This document shows, piece after piece, positions 19,715 through 33,089 of a stretch of DNA of 64,000 nucleotides. Position 1 is the stretch's first letter. Each line of letters opens with the position of its first letter. The notes beneath the pieces are model-generated. The model was given only the letters and a program-made list of their open reading frames with translations. It did not search any database and was not told the DNA's origin. Position numbers and translations under genes: made by a program. Source of the stretch: the human T2T-CHM13v2.0 reference genome, Homo sapiens; the NCBI RefSeq assembly GCF_009914755.1, contig NC_060926.1; one strand, given 5' to 3'.

Positions 19715-22544
19715 GGTCCAAGACCTACATGGAATAACTCAAACTTTCTCATATCAAGTGGATAATTATCTTTTAATATAATTCAGTTAATTTTAGGGGA
19801 TCATACACCAATTTTTTCTGATTTCATATTGTTTCAATTACTTTAGATTTATAACACATATAAATATTTGGTACAACCACAGTTTAAACTTCTTGTAAAT
19901 GCACAAGTGTCTTTCTTCTAGGTTTTTTTTTTTTTCTAATTGCTCACATATTCTCTTCCACTGTTTGGCATACTGATTTGGGCACTTAAAAAAAGCTGTT
20001 TAAAGAAGCAGAGCAAAAGAAGGGATCTTAGTATTCGAATCCAGCTGATGCCTTTCAGTGGGGGAGAAGACTACATTTCAGGGGGAAATGTGATTTAGTA
20101 AATATTTGAGTCAGTTACTACAGGAGCCAGTGCTAAGTCCATGAACACCTGACACCACTTCAGGTACTCTGCTTATCACCCCTTGAATGTGACCCATTCG
20201 CTGGTCTCTACTAAGCATGTAGTAAAACCTAGAAAGGGATTACCTGGCAAGTATGTCTCTCTGTTTTTTTCCAGGCACTTCAGGAATATACACAGAAAAT
20301 GAAAGCCCATTGTTTGAACAGATTTCATTAAACGAGAGCTCTACTTTAAGAAGAAGAAAAAAATTGTAGACTACCAGATGTTATGGATCTACAGGTTGGA
20401 TTCTTTGTGTTATGATTAAGCAAAGATCATTAAAGATCATTAAACAGATAATATATTTCACTCAGTGCTGTGAAGATAATTGACATCTCTTATTATCAAC
20501 ATCATTTAGAAGCCCTTGGGCCTTTTCTCTCTTTTGTACAAACAGCATTTTTATGAGTTAAAAACCTGGGAATGAGTGGTGGGCACAAGGCAGTGTTCAT
20601 TTGGAAGCAATAAGAATACAGTCTTAAAAGTGAAGCCACTTCATTATCATTTCATATAAAACATGGCAATCTTGGCTGGACTGTGAAACTCATTTCCAAG
20701 TGTGGCCAGGCTCCAAGTGAATGCTTGCTATCACAGAAGCTGTATGTTTTTATTAACCCCAGGACATTGCACTGATGATGACAAAAATTTGCACTTCCTG
20801 ACTCCAACTTTATTTCTAAACTAATTATAATTATATTATATTTCATTAGATCGAAGACACTATCAACTATTATTTATTGCTAAGAAAGAAAATACCTCTA
20901 ATAAAACTTTTACATGTCATCAATTTCAAGATACATCTCAATGTCTGATAAATTAAAATCTTTAAATTGACAAGAATTATAAGACAAAGAAATAAAGCAC
21001 ATAAGGCAGAAGGCAAAAATAATTCCTTTACTACTGACCAAACTGTTATTAGCAGAAGTGTGTTATATTTGGGATGATAACATCTTAATACTAAGCCTCA
21101 GAAATAGCAGAATTGTACACAGCACAACTTGACTGGTAGGATTCCACATATGGCAGTTGTACATCATGATGGGTGCAACAGAATATACACTTCTTGCAGA
21201 CAGTTCACTTGCAAAAGTAAGGAGAAAGAAATGAATTGTTTATACACACCTAATATCTTCTTCCACACTCATACAGATAAGACACTTTACCTCCTCCAGG
21301 ACACAGTAGGTAGAGGGGAAGATGGTTTTCACTGTTTCTTTTCAGGAAAGGTCTCGGAAGTCATGATATGGCAGGAAGGAAACCTCCCCCTTTTAATAAA
21401 TATGTACATCAAGTAGTAGAAAACATATTTTTCTTCTTTTCTCCCTGCTCAAGTGATAACAGTCTTAATTCACTTCTAGAAATTTGCTTAGAAAGTCAGA
21501 CATTTAAGACCTGAGGTAGACACCCAGGGTCCTCTCCTACAAGACTTACAGCACTTAAGCTCCCAGTAGTTTTAAAACCAAGAAGAGTAGAAACGAACCT
21601 CCTGTCCTGCACATTTTACACTTTCTGGTTATTGTTGATTATAGTCCATAAAAAAACTGGTGCTTCACAGGCACCATAGAGAACCCTGGTGGTGGCAGAA
21701 AACTGATCCTGTTCACATGTCTCATTTGCATTATTTTGCATGATTCCTCCCCTGTTTGTATTAGTCCATCACCTTATGCCTTAGATCCCAGGTTGTTCTT
21801 GCATCCAAAAATCTTTTGGAGTTTCATGCTTCTTTAGGGCACTCAGTTGCTTACTTACTCTGTGGCTGGCCCCTATGTCACTTTGAGTCCTAAAAAGCAG
21901 TATAAATAAATAATACTTTAAATGGATTAGGAACTGTTTTAGGCTTAGGTGTCAATAGATGAGGGTTTTGTTCTGAACCCCAGTCTTATCTGTAAAACAA
22001 AGATGTCAGCTACTAGAGACTTCTGAGATTTCTTCTTACTCATTTCTTTGTTTTGTTTTATTCAGTGTTGAATATTATTTCGGTACCTCATGCCCAACAC
22101 TATATAGGACACAAATAAATAATTATCCCAATTATTTTCATTAAGCTTACACCATAATGACTTAAAATCAATTTGCAAAATTAAAGTAAAAAAAGAAACT
22201 TCATAAAAAGTTTATTTAAAATGCTTATAAATAATAAGAGATGTTACATAATAATGTGTAATTGCTCATTAAATAAAGATCATAGAATGATCATACTTCC
22301 AACCAGATTTTGGGACTGTGATCTACTGTGGCTGGAAAAGCAAGGAAATTTTTTAGACAGGAGAAAATTTGAGCCAGGCATTGAAATAGGAGTAAGAATT
22401 AGAAAGCTAGAGTAGATGAAGAAGGCTGATGAGAAAATTTTATAGACTGAGGACCGAGAGTTTTGTCATTCTCTTCATCTAAGGTCAGCAACCACTTCAT
22501 GATTTGCTGTTGTGTCCCATTTTTCTCATTTGGTGTGTATGAAA

Positions 22545-22710
22545 ACATGAGCAACTTACTTGTCCTCTGTGTACTTCAGTTTCCTCATCTGTAATAAGCA
22601 ATAATTATACAATCTTTATAATTTTATTTTAAAGATTAAACAAGTTCTTCCAAGCCAAGTGCTGAAAATGGTGCTTCTTAGTGTGGCAGCACTCAATAAG
22701 GCAGTATTAT
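22545..22710 (+). mobile_element. MIR SINE
   Basis: MIR core 'cttcagtttcctcatctgtaa' and tail 'agcactcaataa'. Confidence 0.7.
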
Positions 22711-23039
22711 TAAACTTACATTATTTAGCTAGTTAACATCTACTTATCTTCTATATCTGAGCACAAATGTTGATTCTTAAAATAAGTCTAATCCATTTAA
22801 CAAGCTCTGGTCTTAGCATTTATTATGTTTGGTTTTGCATTTATTTTTACTTTTACTTATATGATTACTTGATCAGCATCTATCTCCTTCGCTTCACTTT
22901 AGGACAACAACAAGAATTGGGTCTGCTGTTTTCTCCAACATATCATCCCAACTTACAGAGAAACACAGAATCCCAACAATGACAATAAAGGCACATACAT
23001 GTGTTTGCCACCTCCTGCCCACCTGTAACATTTCTTTCA

Positions 23040-23495
23040 TCTTCTCCCCACTGTGCTCCATCTAGCTCCCCCCACTCTAGCACAAAGGGTCTTCTTGCTG
23101 GTCTTTGAACATACCAGACACACTTAGACCACAGGACATTTCCACTGGATCCTCCCTCAGCCTACAAATGCTCTTGTTCTTGATCTCTAAATTGCTTACT
23201 CCTTCACTGCCTCAGAAATTTATTCAAATATGACCTTCTCAGTGGGGTCTACAACTAGCTACCTTAATTTAAAAATGCAACCTACAAAAATTCCTATCTT
23301 CCTTCCATGCTCGCTTTCTTTTTTTATATATATCTCTAGGGAATTCAATATACATCTAATTAATTATTATATACCTGTTTAGCATTCCTCAGTAGATTGC
23401 ATACTGCATGACAGCAGGAAATTTTGTCTGCTTACTGTATCCCCAGGTCCTAAAACTGTGCCTTATATATAGTAGGTGTTTAATAAATATTTAGA
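23040..23495 (+). mobile_element. L2 (L2a-like) 3' end
   Basis: 'tcaaatatgaccttctcagtgggg...actgtatccccaggtcctaaaactgtgcc...tagtaggtgtttaataaatattt'. Confidence 0.75.
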
Positions 23496-24319
23496 TAACT
23501 ATATAAGATAACTATGTAAGATACTGCTGCATGAGTGAGATAGATAGCAAGTTGTATATGGTTTTTGTGATCATCATGGATCTTGCATTGAATTCTCAAA
23601 AATATGAAGAATTTGGGTATGTGAAAATATGAGAAGTGGTTTTCTAGGGTGAAAGGAGGATGGAATTGGAGAGAAAAGACCGTTTCTGATTGCAACATAT
23701 TTTCAGTGTGACTCTAGGCAAAGGCATTAACGTCTCCAAGCTTCATATCCTTGGAATATATGTTAAAATTAATGCTGCTTTGCACACATTTGCTCATTCT
23801 TATTTCTTCTATGGCTATTTCTCCCTAAGCTGATGTAGAAATGTTTAAAGCCTTTCCCTTTCAGAAAAAATAACATCTATTGGTTATCCCAATCCTACAA
23901 AGTTCAGCATTGACATCTTCCCTGAATTTCAATCCCTCTCCGTATGGAAAACCTTGAAACTCCAATTAGAACTAGGGATGATGCTACATTGATCTCAATT
24001 ACAAAACATAAAGTTTTAATCAGACTTTTAAATTAACCAGAAAATGAGGCCTAGTGAACTCAGAAATCACTCAGTTTATCAAGGAAGATAGAGATTTATT
24101 ACTCATCTACGTATTTCTAATTGTGAGATGATCAGAATGGGTAACAAGGACCTTCATTTGTTCTTAGGTTCTTTACTTTGTCTTGGAGAGCTCTTCCCTT
24201 CCACCTGCCTGCCCAGATTCTACAATTTTCAGGGAAACTGGATAAATCTAGGGGGTACACCAGTTCCTCTGGTGGATACTGTCTCTGTGCTAGAGCTATT
24301 GAATCCAATTTTTAGATGA

Positions 24320-24927
24320 CTTTCTAGCCACCTGAAATAAAGACTACATTTCCCTGAGTCTTTTGCAGCTAGTTACGGGTGTGGAACTAATTTGGGAGAA
24401 TGGAAAGTGATTGAGATTCTGCAGGAAAGTGTGTTTTTAAAGACAGATATGACCTTCTTTTGCTCTTCCTTCTTGTGGATGGTTGGATTGAGAATATGAT
24501 GACTAGAGCTTAAATAGCCATCTAAGACTATGAGTAGAAAGCCCTAGCTAAGGATGACAGGTCAGAAAAATAAATGTAGAATTTAAAAAACATTTTTTCT
24601 AAAAGGCCAGACGGTAAGTATTTTTGCCTTTGCAGGCCATATTTTCTTCATGTCAACCACTCAGCGCTACAATGTTGTGTCTAAACTGCTGTAGAGAGTA
24701 AGTAAATGAATGGGAATAGCTATGGATCAATAAAACTTAGTTTACAGATACAGGCAGCTGTGCACAACAGTTCATTGATCTTTGAAGTAGAAGAAGGTAG
24801 GATTACTAAAATAGAGAGATGTCATGTAACCTCCAATTTACATCTGTACTTTTTATGAGAGAAAAAAATTAATTTCTCTTAGACACTTTAAAAAAGTTTT
24901 CTGTTTGGTCACTATGAATCTTAACTG
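24320..24927 (+). mobile_element. Old MLT1 LTR (MLT1I/J-like) fragments
   Basis: 'actacatttccctgagtcttttgcagctag...', 'aatagccatctaagactatgag'; interrupted by MER58A and, at its end, L1MB. Confidence 0.55.
24588..24778. mobile_element. MER58A (hAT-Charlie MITE)
   Basis: 'tttttctaaaaggccagacggtaagtattttt...tttgcaggccata...aatgaatggg...caataaaacttagtttaca..acaggcag'. Confidence 0.75.
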
Positions 24928-25560
24928 AAAGTGTAAATGATGCAGCTACTGTGAAAAACAGTTTAGTGCTTCCTCAAAAGTAAAACATAGAATGACCTGG
25001 ATGTTTCACTCCTAGTTATATATCCAAAAGAATTGAAAACTGGTACTAAAACTCACACTTGTATACAGTGTACACATTGATGTTCATCAATGGATAAACA
25101 AATTGTGGTATAGGTGCACAATGGAATATTATTCAGCCATAATAAAATGAAGTACCAATATATACTAAAATGTGGATTAACCTTTAAAACTTTATGCTAA
25201 ATAAAAAGAATGAAACACACAAAAAATCACATATTGTTTTATTCCATTTATATAAAAATGTCAAAAATAAGTAACTCCATAGAAACAGAAAGCAGATTGG
25301 TGGGTATCAGGGTCTAGGGAGAGTGTGGAATGGGGAATAACTGCTTATTGGGTACAAGGTTTTCTTTTGGAGTGATGGACGGATTTTAGAACTAGAGAGG
25401 GATGGTAGTTGCACAATAATGAGAATGTACTAAATGCCACTGATTTGTTCAATTTAAAATGGTTAATTTAGTTGGGATTCTTAAAAAATAAAAATAATAA
25501 GATTAAAATCATTAAGTTTATGTTATGTGAATCTTATCTCAATAAAAAATAAATAATAGC
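24928..25560 (+). mobile_element. L1MB 3' end (L1MB5/7-like)
   Basis: 'tgtaaatgatgcagctactgtgaaaaacagttt...aatggaatattattcagccat...gtactaaatgccactga...tgtgaatcttatctcaataaaaa'; decayed TSD atgaatcttaactga / atgaattctaactaa. Confidence 0.85.
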
Positions 25561-26531
25561 AAAAAGAATGAATTCTAACTAATATATTCCTCTCTCTTTA
25601 CATGTTCTATAAGTGTATTGGCATCAGAGTTGCTTCAATTATGTTTGATTCATTAACACCAGGCTGTTTCATGTAACCATCCTTTGTTACATATTGTTTT
25701 CTATCTCTGCAATCTCTTACTTACCAGATATGCCTGGAACACGTCTATCCTTTACTATCCAGCTCAACAATGTCATATCCTTCTAAACGTCTTGTTAATA
25801 ACCATAGCCTCATTTCATCAGGTAAAGTTATGTTGTTCCTCCTTGTCACATTGTGCTATCATTACTTTTTTACACGATATTTCTCAAATAACTGGGGACC
25901 CACAATAGCAAGGATGATAAATTTATAAGTCTGTATATTGCTAGCATCTGTGGCTGCTGAGTTATAGTAAAAAGTGGATAATATTTAGTGAACTGATGCA
26001 TGAAGCCATGTACTCATCCATGCACATTTTTTTGTCACTGCTTTGCTAAAGACTAAACTAAATAGAAGGAAATCAGAATGCTATCACCAATGTTGGTATT
26101 ATCTTGTTTGATGATCTTTGAACCAGTTAAGTGCAAACTTAATTATATAATTCCTTAAAATGAACTGGGTAGGAAATTAGACATGTCAAATTCCAAGCAC
26201 AGAAAACTTTGAAATATATATATTTTCCAAGCACAAATAACACATATTTCTTTTGTCTCTATTACCTGTGGTTATATTTGAGGCTGAACCATTTAATTTG
26301 AAATATCAAGTAAAAATCAAACATATCAGGATTTGTATTTACTTTCTGGATCTCTGACTTCAGAAAAATTACTTAGCACATCTGTTCCTCAGAATTTTCA
26401 CCTACAAAATATGTAACTATATATTCAAGATATAAAAGAGTGATAAAATAATTACTATATGACCTGATGGCATTTAACAAATATGTTGTTTTCATCATCA
26501 GTATTACTGCCATCATCAAATCATTATTTGC

Positions 26532-29500
26532 TTTTTTAATATTTAATTTATGTGTGTACATAGTATGGGGTACATGAAATGTTTTCATACAGGCATGCAA
26601 TGTGAAATAAACACATCATGGAGAATGGGGTATCCATCCCCTCATGCATTTATCCCTTCAGTTACAAACAATCCAATTACATTCTTTAAGTGATTTTAAT
26701 ATATGTAATTATTATTGACTATAATCACTCTGTTGTGCTATCAAATAGTAGGTCTTATCATTCTTTTTAAATATTTTTTGTACCTATTAACCATCCCCCA
26801 ACCACCACCCTTCCACTACCATTCTCAGCCTCTGGTAAGCATCCTTCTACTCTGTGTGTCCATGAGGTCAATTGCTTTTATTTTTAGATCCCACAAATGA
26901 GTGAGAACATGTGATGTTTATCTTTCTGTGCCTGACTTATTTCACTTAACATAATGATCTCTAGTTCTATACATGATGCTGCAGATGACTAAATCTCATT
27001 CAATTTATGCCTGAATAGTACTTCATTGTGTATATGTATCACTTTTTTATGCATTTGTCTGTTGAGGAACACATAGATTGCTTTCAAATCTTAGCTATTG
27101 TAAGCAGTGCTGCAACAAGCATAGAAGTGCAGATATCTCTTCAATATACCTATTTCCTCACTTTTTGCTACATATCCAGAAATGGCATTGCTGGATCATA
27201 TGGTAGCTCTATTTTTAGTTTTTGAAGGAACCTCCAAACTGTTCTCAATAGTGGTTGTACTAATTTACATTCCCATCAACAGTGTACAAGGATTTCCTTT
27301 GCTCCACATCCTTGCCAGCATGTTATTGCCTGTCTTTCAGATATAAGTCATTTTGCTGGGGTGAGATATCTTTTTGTAGTTTTGATTTACGTTTCTCTTA
27401 TGATCAATGAAGTTGAGCATCTTTTCATATGCCTGTTGGATATTTGTATATATTATTTTGAGAAATGTCTATTCAAATCTTTTGCCCATTTATTGATTGG
27501 ATTAATTTTTTTTCTATAGAATTGCTTGAGCTCCTCATATATTCTTGTTATTAATCCCTTGTCAGATGGGTAGTTTGCAAATATTTTATCCCATTCTGTG
27601 GGTTGTCTCTTCACTTTGTTGATTGTATCCTTTGCTGTGCAGAAACTTTTTAACTTCACGCGATCCCATTTGTCCATTTTTGTTCTGGAAGCCTGTCTTA
27701 TGGGTTGTTGCTCAAGAAATTTTTGCCCAGACCAGTATTCTGGGGATTTTCCCCTAATGTTTCCTTGTAGTATTTTCAGAAGTTGAGGTCTTAGATTTAG
27801 GCTTTTAATCCATTTTGATTTGATTTTGTATATGGCAAGAGATAGGAGTCTAGTTTCATTCTTCTGCATGTGGAAATCCAGCTTTCCCAGCACCATTTAT
27901 TGAAGAGACCGTCTTTTTCCCCAGTGTGTGTTCTGGGCATCTTTGTCAAAAATGAGTTCACTGTAGGTGTGTGGATTTGTTTCTGGGTTCTCTATTCTGT
28001 TCCATTGGTCTATATGTCTGATTTTATGCCATTACTATGCTGTTCTTATTACTATATCTCTGTAGTGTAATTTGAAGACAGGTAATGTGATCCTCCAGTT
28101 TTGTTATTTTTGCTTAGCATAGCTTTGGCTATTCTGGGTCTGTCATGCCCCATTTAGTATGTTACTAGCTGTGGGTCTGTTATATATGACTTTTATTATG
28201 TTGAGAAATGTTCTTTCTACCCCAGTTTTCTGAGGATTTTTATCATGAAGGGATGTTGTATCAAATGCTTGTTCAGCACCAATTAAAATAATATGTTTTT
28301 ATCTTTCATTTTGTTGATATGATGTATCACATTGATTGATATGCATGTGTTGAACCATCCTTGCATCCCTGGGATAAATCCCACTTGGTCACGATAAGTG
28401 ATCTTTCTAATGTAGTGTTGAATTTGATTTGCTAGTATTTTGCTTGAGGAATTTTGCATTAATATTCATCAGAGATATTGGCCTGTGGTTTTCTTTTTTT
28501 CATGTGCTTTGTCTGGTTTTGGTATCAGGGTAATAATGCTCCCATAGAATTAGTTTGGAAGTATTTCTTCCTCTTCTATTTTTTGGAATAATTTGAGTAG
28601 TTTGGTAATAGCTCTTCTTTCAATGTTTGGCAGAACTCAGCAGTGAAGCCATAAGGTCCCAGACTTTTCTTTACTGGGAGACGTTTTATTACAACTTCAA
28701 TATCGTTAATTTTTATTGTTCTGTTCAGGTTTTGGATTTCTTTTTGGTTCAATTTTGGTAGGTTTTATGTATCTAGGAATTTACTCATTTCTTCCATATT
28801 TTCCAATTTATTGGCATATAGTTGCTCATAGTACTCACTAATGATCCTTTGTATTTCTGCAGGATTAGTTGTGATGTTTCCTTTTTTATTTCTGACTTTA
28901 TTTGTATCTTATCTCTTTTTTTCTTAGTCTGGCTAAAGGTTTGTTAATTTTGATTAACTTCTCAAAACATCATTTTTTGTTTCATTGGTCTTTGTATTTT
29001 TTCCATTTCAATTCCATTTATTTATGCTCAGATCTTTATTATTTCTTTTCTTCTAATTTTAGGTTTGGTTTGGTCTTGCTTTTCTAGTTCTTTAAGATGT
29101 ATTATTAGATTGCTCATTTGAATTTTTTCCTCTTTTTTTATGTAGGCACTTGTAGCTATAAACTTTCCTCTGAGTACTACTTGTGCTGTATTCCATAGGT
29201 TTTGGTATGTTGTGTTTCCATTATCATTTTTTTCAAGAAATTTTTCAATTACCTTCTAAATTTCTTCAGTGACCACTGGTCATTTATGAGCATATTGTTC
29301 AATTTTCTTGTATTTGTATAGCTTCCAAAATTCTAGTTTTATTCCATTGTGGTCAGAAAAGGTGCTTGATATTATTTCAATTTTTTGAATGTTTTAATAC
29401 TTGTTTTGTGACCTAACATATGGTCTATCCTTGAGAATAATCCATGTGCTGAGGAAAAGAATGTATATTCCACAGCTCTTGGATGAAATGTTCTGTAAAT

Positions 29501-29627
29501 ATCTATCAGATTCATTTGGCCTAAAGTGTGGGTTAAGTCTGATTTTTCTTTATTTATTTTATGTCTGGAAGAACTCTCCAGTGCTGAAAGCAGGGTGTTA
29601 AAGCCTCCAGCTATTACTGTATTATTG
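26532..29627 (-). mobile_element. L1MA2/3-like, 5'-truncated within the ORF2 endonuclease region, with internal deletion near 28145
   Basis: 3' end 'ggggtacatgaaatgttttcatacaggcatgcaatgtgaaataaacacatcatggagaatgggg'; ORF peptides 27453-27896 ([22 protein letters not shown]) and 29372-29677 (DIYRTFHP..EYTFFSSAHG.FSRIDH) are L1 ORF2p. Confidence 0.93.
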
Positions 29628-29790
29628 TAATTCTTCATGTGCGAAGAAAAGCTCATGGTGAAACAGATCTTAAACACGGGCAGAGGAAACTCACACTAGC
29701 TCTCCAAAGGAATCAACTTATTTATTCCTTCTTAAAGAAAATAGCCCATAAAGGATATCTTGATATGAGAGAGAAACCAGCAGTAAGAAA

Positions 29791-29827
29791 ACACACACAC
29801 ACACACACACATACACACACACACACA
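29791..29827. repeat. (CA)n microsatellite
   Basis: ~18 CA units with one TA interruption. Confidence 0.95.
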
Positions 29828-30003
29828 AAAGAGAAAGAAAGAAAGCTGATGAAAGAACAGAAATGAAGACACTTTAAGGAAAAAAAGAAAATAAAAAGAA
29901 GAGAGCTGATAAAAGAACACAATGAAGATATTACAAGGAATAAAAAGAAAAGAAAGAAAAGGAAAGGAAAAGATAAAAAGAAAGATGACAGAGGAAATAA
30001 AGC
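29828..30003. repeat. GA/A-rich low-complexity purine tract
   Basis: aaaagagaaagaaagaaag...aaagaaaaggaaaggaaaag. Confidence 0.75.
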
Positions 30004-30109
30004 CAAACCTTTAATTAATAGTAGGTCAAATTACCCTGGGAGGTAAACAAAACAAAACTCTGAGCTGGGGACTTTGGCGAAGGTGATTCTTTGATGAATG
30101 CTTAAATTG

Positions 30110-31790
30110 GGTACTCTGGTGTGCCACCCAGACACATGATCAGGACCCAGACACTAATATCCCAGTTGCCTGAAGCATTGCCTGTAGGCAGCTCAAAGCT
30201 GAGTCCCTCTCCAAGAATTTTCCATGACCAAAGAATCCTGCCTTTTAAAAATACATACTCTATCTTTGCGGATGCCCTTATCTATGCTCGGCCATAAATG
30301 CATGCCCCACCCTTGCCTAAATTCAGGCTATCTCTAAGCTTTGGCAATCTCTAGGAAGTAAGCTATTGCAAGTGCACCACGTTTCAATTTGGGCATAGTT
30401 TTCTCTCTGTCCAATACTTTTTCCTTCATTCGCCGACAGGTATTCCTAAGACCACTCCCTTATGGGGATCTTGTATGCAAATCTTTATCACTGAGTCCGC
30501 CTGTTGGTGTTAGAAGAGGTCTGAGAAAACAGACCTAAAAGAGGACTCTAGAGCTGGATCACCAGCTGTTCAGTGGACACGGAAAACCTTATCACTAATG
30601 GTAAGTTCACCATAAGTCATCTATGGCTAGTGGGAGTTGGTGTAATTTCACAGGTGATTGGAAGGTTCAGGGGAAGTAGTCTATTGCAGCTGCAGCATGC
30701 AAAGCGTGAATTGAAGAAAAACAATAAAAAGTTGAAATGGTGATTTATCACAGATAAGGCTAGGTGTGGAGGCCAGAAGGACTCTTAAGCAGCACACAAA
30801 GAACCCCATTTTCTGACAACGTAAGTCAGAAAAAACCCGCGTCCTTGAACGGAATTATAAGGGCATTAGAACGCCACTGAAGATTGAATTATTTAACCTG
30901 CCAAGTCGGTTATGCCAAGGTCAGGACCATTTTTGGTTAGGAGTAGAACTCTGAGACCAGGGATGGGGATATCTGGGTTGATGCACTCAAGACCATGAGA
31001 TTCATCAGAACTCTCTGGGGTACTTCCCTTATGTCTCACTTTTCCCTGTCAAAAACTAATGTCACTTTTGCTTGAAAACAAAAAGCATTACATACTGCTC
31101 TAGATAAAACCCTACTTCTTCTTCTAGCTTCCGGACTTATAATGTGGGAGTTACGTTCCAAGACTCAGATGGAGAAGTTCTGGGCCTGTTAAGGGAGAAA
31201 AGAGACTGTATCCTGAAGGTGCTGCAAGACCTAGTTAGTATGTTCTGGTGGGGGCCAGGAAAGAATGTATGGGACTGGGTCTAGAAAGTGGTAAACCAGG
31301 AGTGAAACATAAAGTTGGTTAAATGGGAGATTGTTGATATGGGAACATTATCTCAGGACATAAATTTAGCATCCAGATAAGCTTCTGAGGATTGGCACTA
31401 ATGTGCTGCTAATACAGGTCTTGAAAGCCCACTTTCAATGAAGTATTGCAGGATTGCTGTGAGAGAGAAAGGAGAAGATTAAGAGACTCAGAGCATTGGC
31501 ATGCCTGTGTTGCAACACAACACATGTCCAGAAAATGCACCAGCTCAAGAAGACATAGAGGACACTGCATCTAACAAGGTGGCAGGAATGCGATGCTGAG
31601 TGGCACCAGCATCACTAAGAAGCTTAGTAGTAGCTGTGCTCCGTAAGCCAGGGCTGACATTAGAAGATGCAGTTATAGAAATTGGCGTGTTAATGGCAAT
31701 GAATGAGAGATTTCTATGATAACAGAAGCCAGATCGCAGTCTTAATTATCATTACAAAATATCTGGCAATTAAGGTAATTGCAGTTTGAG
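30110..31790 (+). mobile_element. ERVL-class remnant: LTR16-like LTR (~30110-30503) plus HERV16/ERV3-16A3-like internal gag region
   Basis: LTR16 motif 'cagctcaaagctgagtccctctccaagaat' and 'tgcaaatctttatcactgagtc'; internal start 'gttggtgttagaagaggtctgagaaaacagac...gagctggatcacc'; gag-like 'gcaccagcatcactaagaagcttagtagtagctgtgctccgtaagccagggctgac'. Confidence 0.7.
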
Positions 31791-32559
31791 AGAAGTCCAA
31801 GCTTGGCTCAAAGCAGCTATTGATTTCTCAATCCCCAAGCTGCCAAACTGACACCAACAAAAAGTGGACTACCAAATATTTCAGTCTTTTAAAGAACAAT
31901 TCCTCCCATTGCCTATGTCACATGTGATCAGGGAGAACAGCAGATTTGGAGATTCCCCACTGAAAGCTGACTTGGATCCTTATAATAGGTTTTGCTTCAC
32001 CACCAAGCAGAGAATCCTTATTATAGCTTTTTGAGAATATCGTAGATGTCATAGATTGTTAAACTAATCAACTCTTCACCTCTTTTCTAGATGATTTTTT
32101 TCCTTTTTAATTATGGTTATTTTTTGTTTCCCATCTGTTCTAGACATAGGAAAATGAACGAGGCACATTAACTCAAAGATTTTGGACTTATATCTGCGCA
32201 GAATTATTGTTATCTCCTTGAGAATATAAGGTAGGTACATTTTTAGTGGTAGGTGAAGTACTTTTATCGCATTAAATGGGTTTATTTTTAATGTGTCTTA
32301 TGGATACAAGGACATATTATCTCTGAGCTACCAAGGCATGGAATACAGTAGACCCTTGTTATCTTCTACCAGGTATGCTTTTTGCCTTCTATAAAAGTGC
32401 ACCAATTTTCAACTGTGGAATGAACCATTGCTTCACTTTCATTTCTTGTATTTTGGTTGGGGTTGATCCTAACCCCACAACCAGAGCTAGATGTGATAAA
32501 GACCTGACTATCCATCCTGTGTATTATGTGTAGGTGACCCAAATAGAAATATAGGACCC

Positions 32560-32856
32560 CAGGCAAGGACTGTTTACTGGAATAATTAGGAAAATACTTT
32601 TTAACTGTGGTTGCAGAGGAGCATCATTTGGGGGAATATCTGGATAAAAGAATGAAGACAGCAAAGCAAACATAGAGAAGAAGAGATGAAGAAAGGTACT
32701 CTATCTCTAGGGCATAATTTGAGCTTTTAGGCTTAGCTATGACTGCAGTTAGTTTTCTCTAGACTTCAAAGTAGGACTAGCCAATACATTTTCTATTTGG
32801 CTCAAGCTGTTTTGTGATGAATTACAATAAATTGCAGCCAAAGATTCTTGACTACC
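32560..32856 (+). mobile_element. Old MLT1 LTR 3' part
   Basis: 'gccaatacattttctatttggctcaagctg...ttgcagccaaagattcttgact' resembles MLT1J/K end. Confidence 0.5.
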
Positions 32857-33029
32857 ATGTTACCTCTTGTTTCTTATATCACAGACTCCAAATTTATTTT
32901 TAAATCATTCTGAATATACACAGAAGATGATTCTAGTTACACTCTTTCTTCTAGAGAATTTTTTAAAAATAGATAATCGTTTTAATTCATTTTTAGAACT
33001 CTTTTCTGTGCAGAAATGCAGATTTGTTT

Positions 33030-33031
<2 letters not shown>

Positions 33032-33083
<52 letters not shown>
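33032..33083. repeat. (GT)26 perfect microsatellite
   Basis: Uninterrupted GT run. Confidence 0.97.

Positions 33084-33089
<6 letters not shown>

Noticed and set aside
27453-27896. 147-aa ORF
   Set aside because: L1 ORF2p fragment in a truncated, frameshifted L1MA; not a host gene
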